NCBI GenBank assembly: GCA_001766815.1
Contig: LYOS01000007.1
Coordinates: forward strand, 1-32,000
Origin: Candidatus Syntropharchaeum caldarium
GTDB lineage: Archaea > Halobacteriota > Syntropharchaeia > Syntropharchaeales > Syntropharchaeaceae
Reading direction: 5' to 3'
DNA: 32,000 nucleotides
Translations under genes and position numbers: made by a program
Notes under the pieces: generated by a model
What the model was told of the DNA's origin: nothing
Seen by the model: the letters and a program-made list of their open reading frames with translations, nothing else
Databases searched by the model: none
Shown here: in pieces, positions 25,287 through 32,000 of the stretch
Position numbering within the stretch: the first letter of the stretch is position 1
How the letters are laid out: every line of letters starts with the position of its first letter

Positions 25287-25293
25287 AAAAAAA
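25287..25293 (-). terminator. T7 tract immediately after the MqnD-like stop codon
   Basis: Plus-strand A7 at 25287-25293 corresponds to U7 on the minus-strand transcript, directly abutting the TGA at 25294-25296. The plus strand also has TTTT at 25277-25280, following the convergent gene's stop. Confidence 0.4.
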
Positions 25294-26124
25294 TCACTCA
25301 GGAAAGATCGAGTGATTGGAGTGGGGTAATATCCCTGCGTCTTCGCCCATTTTAAAAAGGTATTCAACCGCCTTTATCCCCTCATCTCCAATATCGAGCG
25401 TGTTATCATTGACATAAAGATTGATATGTTCAGAAATTACATCATCATCCATCTCCTGGGCGTAAGATCTGATATAGCTCATCGCTTCGTTTGGATTTTC
25501 AAAAGCATACTCGATACTCGATCTGAGCCATCTATTGAACTCATGAATCAGGTTGTATCCAAGCGATCGATCGATCACAATTCCACCAAGCGGTATCAAA
25601 AGCCCCGTCTCATCTTCCCACCACTTTCCAAGATCTATTACCGCTTTCAAGCCATAGATTGGGTATGTGAACCTCCCTTCATGGATTATAAGCCCACAAT
25701 CAACATCCCCTGATCTAACAGCTGGCATGATTCTGTCAAAAGACATCACAACGGTCTCTTTGATCTCAGGCTCAAATAACTTCAGAAGCAGGTTTGCAGT
25801 TGTACAGGTGCCTGGTATTGCGATGCGCTTATTTTTAATCTCCTCCGGGTCGATCACCTCATTTGCAACGATCAATGGACCGCATCCTTCTCCAAGCGCG
25901 GCGCCTGCACGAAGAAGTGCATATCTCTCTCTTAAAAATCCAAAAGCATGAAACGAGACCTTTGTAACATTCAGGGTGTGCTTGAATGCCATCCTGTTCA
26001 GTGTTTCAACATCATCGATCACGGGTTTGAAGGTTACATCCCCTGTCGAGATCCGCCGGTGCATCAGTGCATAGAAGATAAAGGTATCATTCGGGCAGGG
26101 TGAGTATCCAACGCTCAACTTCAC
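25294..26124 (-). CDS. mqnD: MqnD-like protein (MqnA/MqnD periplasmic-binding-fold family; 1,4-dihydroxy-6-naphthoate synthase-like)
   Basis: VKLSVGYSPCPNDTFIFYALMH matches the N-terminal SPCPNDTF signature I associate with MqnD. The ORF has no ATG near its 5' end: the longest ORF begins at TTG 26172, and homology-style reasoning favours GTG 26124 (VKLSVGYSPC...). The start is uncertain and the stop is firm. Confidence 0.6.
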   Translation of the reverse strand: MKLSVGYSPCPNDTFIFYALMHRRISTGDVTFKPVIDDVETLNRMAFKHTLNVTKVSFHAFGFLRERYALLRAGAALGEGCGPLIVANEVIDPEEIKNKRIAIPGTCTTANLLLKLFEPEIKETVVMSFDRIMPAVRSGDVDCGLIIHEGRFTYPIYGLKAVIDLGKWWEDETGLLIPLGGIVIDRSLGYNLIHEFNRWLRSSIEYAFENPNEAMSYIRSYAQEMDDDVISEHINLYVNDNTLDIGDEGIKAVEYLFKMGEDAGILPHSNHSIFPE

Positions 26125-26188
26125 ACTCAGAGAGAGCACACCAGAGGTCTTTAATATTTCGATCTCCTTCAATCGTCTGGTGAACTTT
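26125..26188. promoter_or_regulatory. Very short divergent spacer with one symmetric TATA-like element
   Basis: TTTAATATTT at 26150-26159 reads as a TATA element on either strand. It lies about 30 nt from GTG 26124 (minus strand) and about 35 nt from ATG 26189 (plus strand), implying very short or absent leaders. Confidence 0.3.
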
Positions 26189-27031
26189 ATGGTAAAGGTT
26201 GGTTTTCATGTCTCGATTGCAGGCTCAATCGATCGGGCGGTTGATCGGGCGGTTGAAGCTCAATGTGATACATTTCAGATCTTCTCACGAAATCCCAGAG
26301 GCTGGCAGAGTAAGGAGCTTTCACAAACTGCAATTAATAAGTTTATCGAGAAACTTGAAAGCTCGGGACTCTATCCGCCTGTTGTTCACATGCCTTACCT
26401 TCCAAACCTTGCATCACCCGATGAAGAGGTTTACAAAAAGTCTGTGAATGCACTCATTGCAGAGCTTGTAAGATGTCAGGAGCTCACGATTCCATATCTT
26501 GTCACGCATCTCGGCAGCCACAGAGGTAGCGGGATTGAGAAAGGATATGAGCGAGTTGCAGATGCGATAAAGACCGCGTTTGACGAGGTTGAAAATGATG
26601 TGATTATACTTCTTGAGACTACAGCAGGCACAAAAAACAGCATTGGAGGGTCATTTGAAGATATTAAAGCAATTATGAATCAAATTGATGATATAAACCG
26701 TATTGGCGTCTGCTTTGATACCTGTCATGTCTTTGTTGCAGGCTATGAGATTCGAACGACAGAAGGGCTTGAGAGAACGCTGAAGCATTTTGATGAGGTG
26801 ATCGGGCTTTCAAAGCTCAAACTTCTGCATATCAATGATTCAAAAGGGGATCTTGGCTCGAGGCTTGACAGGCATGAACATATCGGGTTTGGCTATATCG
26901 GTGAGGATGGCTTCAGACTGATCCTGCACGATCCGCGCTTGCGGGATCTACCGATGATACTTGAAACTCCTGTCGATGAACGATGCGATGATCGTTGTAA
27001 CATCGAGAAGGTGCGTGAGCTTGCAGGCTGA
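26189..27031 (+). CDS. nfo: Endonuclease IV (AP endonuclease)
   Basis: MVKVGFHVSIAGSIDRAV...FQIFSRNPRGW aligns with the Nfo N-terminus. Metal-ligand blocks are HMPYLPNL, THLGSH, CFDTCH, LHINDSK and DRHEHIG. The track ORF starts 9 nt earlier at GTG 26180. Confidence 0.9.
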   Translation: MVKVGFHVSIAGSIDRAVDRAVEAQCDTFQIFSRNPRGWQSKELSQTAINKFIEKLESSGLYPPVVHMPYLPNLASPDEEVYKKSVNALIAELVRCQELTIPYLVTHLGSHRGSGIEKGYERVADAIKTAFDEVENDVIILLETTAGTKNSIGGSFEDIKAIMNQIDDINRIGVCFDTCHVFVAGYEIRTTEGLERTLKHFDEVIGLSKLKLLHINDSKGDLGSRLDRHEHIGFGYIGEDGFRLILHDPRLRDLPMILETPVDERCDDRCNIEKVRELAG

Positions 27032-27668
27032 TATCGAGAGGATCATCGAAGGGTTGAGTGAAGCATATCGAGATAAGAAGACTGCAGTTATGAAAGTATC
27101 CCAGGTTAATGATCCATATCTTGTTCTGATCTCGTGTATCCTGAGCCTGCGAACGAAGGATGAGGTCACAGCTTCTGCCTCTAAACGCTTATTTGCTCTT
27201 GCAAGAACCCCGGGGGAGATGGTCAAGCTTGAGGTGCGTGATATTGAAAATGCGATCTATCCTGTTGGATTTTATCGACGGAAAGCTAAACAGATCAAGG
27301 AGATCTCCCGTGTGCTTCTTGAAGATTATGATTCACAGGTTCCTGATGAACTGGATGAACTTCTGAAGTTCAATGGAGTTGGGAGAAAGACCGCAAATAT
27401 CGTTATTACGGTTGGCTTTGGTAAGCCAGGGATTGCAGTTGATACGCATGTTCATCGCATCTCAAACAGGCTCGGGCTTGTTGAAACAAAAGATCCAGAT
27501 GCGACCGAATTTGCCTTGAGGGCGATACTCCCAGAAAAATACTGGATCTCCTTCAATGACCTGCTTGTGATGCACGGACAGACGATCTGCGCCCCCATAA
27601 GTCCAAAGTGTAGCATCTGTCCGATCACAGCCTACTGTAAGAGAAATGGAGTTCTGAGATCACGATGA
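27015..27668 (+). CDS. nth: Endonuclease III (DNA glycosylase/AP lyase)
   Basis: HhH-GPD blocks are LRTKDEVT, FNGVGRKTANIV and VDTHVHRISNRLG. The [4Fe-4S] cluster motif is C-x6-C-x2-C-x5-C (CAPISPKCSICPITAYC). Alignment with E. coli Nth places the start near GTG 27015 or TTG 27021, overlapping the nfo stop. The longest ORF begins at ATG 26961. Confidence 0.9.
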   Translation: MSLQADIERIIEGLSEAYRDKKTAVMKVSQVNDPYLVLISCILSLRTKDEVTASASKRLFALARTPGEMVKLEVRDIENAIYPVGFYRRKAKQIKEISRVLLEDYDSQVPDELDELLKFNGVGRKTANIVITVGFGKPGIAVDTHVHRISNRLGLVETKDPDATEFALRAILPEKYWISFNDLLVMHGQTICAPISPKCSICPITAYCKRNGVLRSR

Positions 27669-27809
27669 GTTTTTAGTAACCAGTCGAATCTTAACTCATA
27701 AGAGATAAATACACCCATTCAAATTAATAACCTCAAAGGGATGATTCAAACGTCCCATCTTTTATTACAGTTCAATCAAGGTGAGTATAGATAGAGGAGG
27801 TTTAAAGGA

Positions 27810-28547
27810 ATGGGTTATGTAATTGCAGTATCTGGTAAAGGTGGGACGGGAAAAACACTCATCTCATCGCTTCTGATACGCCACTTCTCAAAGAAGACTC
27901 CTGTTCTGGCAATAGATGCCGATCCAGATTCGAATCTTCCAGAGGCACTTGGTGTTAAGGTTGAAAGAACGGTAGGTGATATCAGAGAGAGCATAACAGG
28001 GGAAGGTGTCGCTGCGTTTGAGGGAAAAATCCAGGAGGTACTTGTTGAAGAGCGCGACTTCGACCTCTTTGTCATGGGAAGACCTGAACAGGAGGGGTGT
28101 TACTGTGTTGTTAATAATATCCTCAGGGTTGCAATCGATTCACTATCCAAGAATTATGATATAACGATAATCGATTGTGAGGCAGGGCTTGAACACTTAA
28201 GCCGCAGGACAACACGAAATGTCGATTTCATGATTGTGGTTACTGACGCGACACGAAAAGGCATTCTCACCGCAAAGAGGGTGAAAGAGATTGCAGATGA
28301 ACTCAATATAAAGTTCAAGAAAATTCGTGTTATCGTAAACCGTGTTGCACCAGAACTCAGAGAAGAAATGGAGAATGCACTTAATGAGGCGGGGCTTGAG
28401 GTGATTGGCTTCATACCGCATGATCCGATCGTAGCAGAGTATGACCTCAAAGGTAAAACCGTCTTCGAACTCCCGGAGGATACACCTGTAGTTCAATCAT
28501 TCAACGAGATCGTATCAAAGATTGAGGAGGAACTTAAGACCTTATGA
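27810..28547 (+). CDS. cooC: CooC-type P-loop ATPase (MinD/ParA superfamily, Ni-insertion accessory protein family)
   Basis: Deviant Walker A is AVSGKGGTGKT. DADPDSNL, the CxC metal motif in context (PEQEGCYCVVNN) and DCEAGLEHLSRRT match CooC/AcsF-type proteins. A GGAGG SD lies upstream. Confidence 0.7.
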   Translation: MGYVIAVSGKGGTGKTLISSLLIRHFSKKTPVLAIDADPDSNLPEALGVKVERTVGDIRESITGEGVAAFEGKIQEVLVEERDFDLFVMGRPEQEGCYCVVNNILRVAIDSLSKNYDITIIDCEAGLEHLSRRTTRNVDFMIVVTDATRKGILTAKRVKEIADELNIKFKKIRVIVNRVAPELREEMENALNEAGLEVIGFIPHDPIVAEYDLKGKTVFELPEDTPVVQSFNEIVSKIEEELKTL

Positions 28548-29230
28548 CGTACCCCAGAGCACTTGCAATAGATCTTGATGGTACAATCGCTTTCAAAGAC
28601 AGTAGAATAGATCCTGTTTGCATCGATCCACTCAGATCGCTTGTGAAGGATATTCCTGTGATAATCGCCACTGGGAACACGGTCTGCTATGCGATGAGTG
28701 CCGCGGTTCTTCTTGGAACAGATAGGACGGTGATCGCAGAGAACGGAGGAGTGATAAAAGTTGGTCGTGATGGGGTTGAGATTACGAACGGATACGGCGA
28801 GGGATGCAGACGAGCATACAATATCCTCAAAGAGGAGATGGAGCTTGAACCGCTCGACTGGGATCAACGAAGGAGTGATGTTGCGCTGAGACGGAATGTA
28901 TCGGTGGATGAACTTTCAAAACGTCTCCGCCAGATCGATCCGTTTCTCGAGGTTGTCGACTCGGGACTTGCGCTACATATTAAAGATAAGCGCATAAACA
29001 AGGGAGAGGGTTTAAAAATAATATCTGAGATTATTGAGGTTGATCTTGCTGATTTTGCAGCGATCGGTGATTCAAATAACGATATTGAGATGCTGAAAAT
29101 GGTTGGTATGGGATTTGCGGTTGGTAACGCATCGGATGCGCTCAAAGAGGTTGCAGACGTTGTTCTTGAGAATGAGTATGGCAGAGGTGTTCTTGAGGCG
29201 ATCAGAATGTTTAAAACCGACGCAGTATAA
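28544..29230 (+). CDS. HAD-superfamily phosphatase (archaeal phosphoglycolate phosphatase-like, subfamily IIB)
   Basis: HAD motif I is AIDLDGTI, motif II is IIATGN, and motifs III/IV are KGEGLK...AIGDSNNDIEML. An ATGA overlap couples it to the cooC-like gene. Confidence 0.6.
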   Translation: MTYPRALAIDLDGTIAFKDSRIDPVCIDPLRSLVKDIPVIIATGNTVCYAMSAAVLLGTDRTVIAENGGVIKVGRDGVEITNGYGEGCRRAYNILKEEMELEPLDWDQRRSDVALRRNVSVDELSKRLRQIDPFLEVVDSGLALHIKDKRINKGEGLKIISEIIEVDLADFAAIGDSNNDIEMLKMVGMGFAVGNASDALKEVADVVLENEYGRGVLEAIRMFKTDAV

Positions 29231-30398
29231 TTCCTTCTATCACTTTCGGTAGAAATCTGGTTGATTTTTGCGGCAGTGATCTTTTTTGAGTTGCAACTTC
29301 CTCTATAACTCCTATATCTGGTGGTTTAACGATGAAAGAAGCTGTGCATCTGCCCTGATCAACCCTCTCCATAGCATCACGTATCGTAGGCGAAAAAGAG
29401 ATCTTACCACCTTCTTTTATCAACGGATCGATGATCATTTTCTGTAGCTTGAATATATCGAGATTGTTGAGGATCTGAAAACCTGCACCGCAATATACAG
29501 CTGAGTTTGCATCCTTCTCGTTCTTGAATGCTCTGATAAACTCATCATATCTCTCATAGTTAGTGCCCGTGTGCGCTGCCAGAACTCTCGTTAACTGATC
29601 ACGACTCACATCGCTGATGCATCTGTGCCAGGGAAGAAGCAGGAGGTTCGGATCCTGACCCCACACAAGCATCATCATCGTATTCTTCACACCATCGCGC
29701 TCATCGAGCCTGCACGCGGCTGTGTAGCGGTGGTGGCCATCGAGTATCATCAGCTTCTGATTGCTGAGCGAATGAATGATGTATTCACAGATCGCCTGAT
29801 CATTAATCTCCCAGAGTGTGTGGGTGGTTCCGTTGTGTTTTACCTCGACTATAGGCAGGTTTTCCTTTATGTAAGGTTTAAGAAGTTTGGATATTGCCAC
29901 ACCGTCCTCATTATACTCTGCCATAATTGGGGAGAAGTTCATTCGGCATTTTTTCATGAGATAATATCGTTCCTCTGTATTATCATCAAAAACAGACTCG
30001 TGACCCATAATTTCCCTGCCCGTATCATCGACAGAGACCAGTGCGACGATGCCAAGTAGTGTGTACTCATCACGTTCTTCATCCGCATCCACACCAGATT
30101 TCAGGTCATCCGAAATTTTATAGCAGATCCTGTAGATGTAAAGCGATTCTTTCTCACGTTCTTCGAGTATGCGATCCTGAAAGAGCGTCTTTATCGTCGT
30201 ATCTGCAACTTCAATGAAGTTATCGAGATCAGCGCCGTCCTGTCGTCTTGTTGCATGTATAATATTATTCCTGTTTGCGGCATAGATTTTGTATGTCTTC
30301 TCATCGATTGTATCATATATCGGTGCAACATACCGCTCCTTCTCGTCAAGTGCTGGACTTAAGGTCACTGCTTTGAATCGAGCTATCTCTACCATCAA
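29211..30398 (-). CDS. DUF1015-family protein
   Basis: 395 aa. The N-terminus is IARFKAVTLSP...YVAPIYDTID, and the conserved LDGHHRY block recalls DUF1015. Its 3' end overlaps the convergent HAD gene by 20 nt. Confidence 0.65.
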   Translation of the reverse strand: MMVEIARFKAVTLSPALDEKERYVAPIYDTIDEKTYKIYAANRNNIIHATRRQDGADLDNFIEVADTTIKTLFQDRILEEREKESLYIYRICYKISDDLKSGVDADEERDEYTLLGIVALVSVDDTGREIMGHESVFDDNTEERYYLMKKCRMNFSPIMAEYNEDGVAISKLLKPYIKENLPIVEVKHNGTTHTLWEINDQAICEYIIHSLSNQKLMILDGHHRYTAACRLDERDGVKNTMMMLVWGQDPNLLLLPWHRCISDVSRDQLTRVLAAHTGTNYERYDEFIRAFKNEKDANSAVYCGAGFQILNNLDIFKLQKMIIDPLIKEGGKISFSPTIRDAMERVDQGRCTASFIVKPPDIGVIEEVATQKRSLPQKSTRFLPKVIEGIILRRF

Positions 30399-30492
30399 TC
30401 ACCCTTACAGATGAAGTTATATAATGGTTATCCTATAATTACGGGTTAGGGGAGTGAGATAAAGTCTATACCATCTTCAGTGATGCGATTCG

Positions 30493-31098
30493 ATGAGCGG
30501 TGAACCGAGATTCAGGGATCTTATAGAGGAGCTGGTGAGTAAGGATTCACTTTCAATAAGCGCTATTCAGCGGCAACTTGAAAAAAAGGGCGTTAAAGAG
30601 CATCGATTAATAGTTACGGGCTATCTCAGGGCACTCAGAGACATGGGAATTGTTGAAGAACGAAAAGTTCCGCCTTCAAAGGTCTATTCACTAATATCGA
30701 AAGAAGAAAAGTCAGAGACAGATTTTTATAGTTATATAAAACAGGAGATCGAAGATCTTGATGTGGATGCAGAGGTTAAGCTTGCTGTTGCAGTTCTTCT
30801 CATAAATACACTATTCCATCGCCCCTGTTTCAGAATCGAACTTAAACGCCTGGGTACATCGTACGTTGAGAGTGAATTTGTTCGGAAGGTAGATGGAAGT
30901 GCATATATCCGTGCAATCAACCAGAATAAGCTCGCAATATCAGATGATGAACCTGCATTTGAGTGTGTCACCGAGCTTCTCTCTACAGAGGTTGTTGATC
31001 TGATGATCAGGGTCCTATCCAACGTAGTGAAGGAGGTTGTAGATGTCAGCGGGCTGTATGAAAAATATCCTCAGAAGACGCTTGAATTTAATCTCTGA
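30493..31098 (+). CDS. Hypothetical protein with N-terminal winged-helix-like domain
   Basis: 201 aa. SISAIQRQLEKKGVKEHRLIVTGYLRALRDMGIVEERKVPPSKVYS looks like a wHTH. I do not recognise the rest. Confidence 0.5.
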   Translation: MSGEPRFRDLIEELVSKDSLSISAIQRQLEKKGVKEHRLIVTGYLRALRDMGIVEERKVPPSKVYSLISKEEKSETDFYSYIKQEIEDLDVDAEVKLAVAVLLINTLFHRPCFRIELKRLGTSYVESEFVRKVDGSAYIRAINQNKLAISDDEPAFECVTELLSTEVVDLMIRVLSNVVKEVVDVSGLYEKYPQKTLEFNL

Positions 31099-31564
31099 GT
31101 TGCTCTTCGGTTCTCTGGTGATCGATCGAGAGGTCTGTCGCGATATCATTTCTTTTCTGGCCTTTAAGGTGATATTCCATCTGTTTTCTCGTTCCGCGTC
31201 TGACGAGAAAACCCTCCCGACAGAGCCGTGCAAGGTATGTTGATACAGTGCTCAGAGGAATATCGGTGGCGTAATTCAATTCATAACCTAACTTCACATC
31301 TGATGATGTGAACCACCTGTTTTCAAATTCAAACTTTAAAAAAAGCCTTAAACGCTCTTTGAGTGTCATAGAAGATTCATTAACATCTTTTTCGCTATGA
31401 AGATAGGGACTCGATGAAGATCCGCCAATATGGTGCACGGGTATTCCAGCATCCTGCATAAATTTGATCAACTTTGCAGCTGTTTTTGGTGATTTAACAT
31501 CGTTTTCCGTTTCCACTGAGGTTTTAAATCCATCATCATCGATAATCTCAAGGTGGATCTTCAT
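31088..31564 (-). CDS. Hypothetical protein with C-terminal winged-helix-like domain
   Basis: The probable start is ATG 31564, preceded by GAGGGA. The longest ORF extends to 31660 with no convincing RBS. The C-terminus DIPLSTVSTYLARLCREGFLVRRGTRKQMEYHLK is wHTH-like. Its 3' end overlaps the convergent gene by 11 nt. Confidence 0.5.
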   Translation of the reverse strand: MKIHLEIIDDDGFKTSVETENDVKSPKTAAKLIKFMQDAGIPVHHIGGSSSSPYLHSEKDVNESSMTLKERLRLFLKFEFENRWFTSSDVKLGYELNYATDIPLSTVSTYLARLCREGFLVRRGTRKQMEYHLKGQKRNDIATDLSIDHQRTEEQLRD

Positions 31565-31853
31565 CGCAGTCCCTCGCTGGCATCCATCTATCCCCTCAGA
31601 TTGGTTAATCACACATTGTGAAGCTGTTTTCTGAATGCCAGTTAAATTGATATACGTCATACTATTTAAACTTTTAGTGGAAATAAAGGTTTTAACACGT
31701 TATTCACTTAGTGAAAGTTTGTGTTCATGATCTATACTACTTAAAAGTGCTGCATTACCCATTTTATTTCTTTCACAGGATGACTTAAAGAAAAGATCGT
31801 GACGCTTAAATAGTAATAGGTAGAATGAGGGGTAGATAGATGGAGGAATCATT

Positions 31854-32000
31854 ATGAGTGAAACAATGAGTCCGATAGAGCGATTTCATGCAGCGATGGA
31901 GAATAACCCGATTGATCGGGTTTCACTTGCACCTGTAACGCAAACAGGAACAACTGCGCTTATGGAGAAATGTGGCGCATACTGGCCAGAGGCACACAAA
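31854..32000 (+). CDS. Methylcobamide:CoM methyltransferase (MtaA/MtbA/MtsA, uroporphyrinogen-decarboxylase family), N-terminal fragment
   Basis: Not in the ORF track because it runs off the window. My manual translation from ATG 31854 (SD GGAGGA upstream) gives MSETMSPIERFHAAMENNPIDRVSLAPVTQTGTTALMEKCGAYWPEAHK. This matches the MtaA N-terminus pattern (...PVDKVPVCSVTQTGIVELMD.VGAPWPEAH). Confidence 0.75.
   Translation, partial: MSETMSPIERFHAAMENNPIDRVSLAPVTQTGTTALMEKCGAYWPEAHK

Overview
Gene-dense archaeal chromosomal segment. It has coding on both strands, short AT-rich TATA-type promoter spacers, GGAGGTGA-like ribosome-binding sites and oligo-T terminators. The gene content suggests a Methanosarcinales-like methanogen or ANME-type euryarchaeon. 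Supporting genes are archaeal-type LeuRS and ValRS, archaeal DnaG, tRNA-His(GUG) with a genome-encoded G-1, a methanogenesis-marker-7-like gene, a CooC-type ATPase, the 5' end of an MtaA/MtbA-type methyltransferase and a PGF-CTERM surface glycoprotein. Other housekeeping and repair genes are nfo-nth, AMMECR1, a Nox/CoADR-family flavoprotein, a HAD phosphatase, DUF1015 and an MqnD-like gene. The one accessory-looking block lies at about 9.9-20.4 kb. It holds a PAS-DUF835 sensor plus two KaiC-like ATPases, transcribed divergently from a five-gene type IV pilus-like operon. That operon encodes an ArlI/PilB-like ATPase, an ArlJ/PilC-like platform and three pilin-like proteins carrying DUF2341, ConA-like and LamG lectin folds. 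Two of the pilin-like genes share a sharply bounded 110-nt perfectly identical tract. Next to this block, an RNase III-domain-only gene sits directly downstream of tRNA-His. A HEPN/MNT toxin-antitoxin pair lies at the left edge. I saw no CRISPR array, transposase, integrase or rRNA. All product calls rest on motif recognition by eye from the ORF translations, with no database search, so family names are hypotheses of varying strength.
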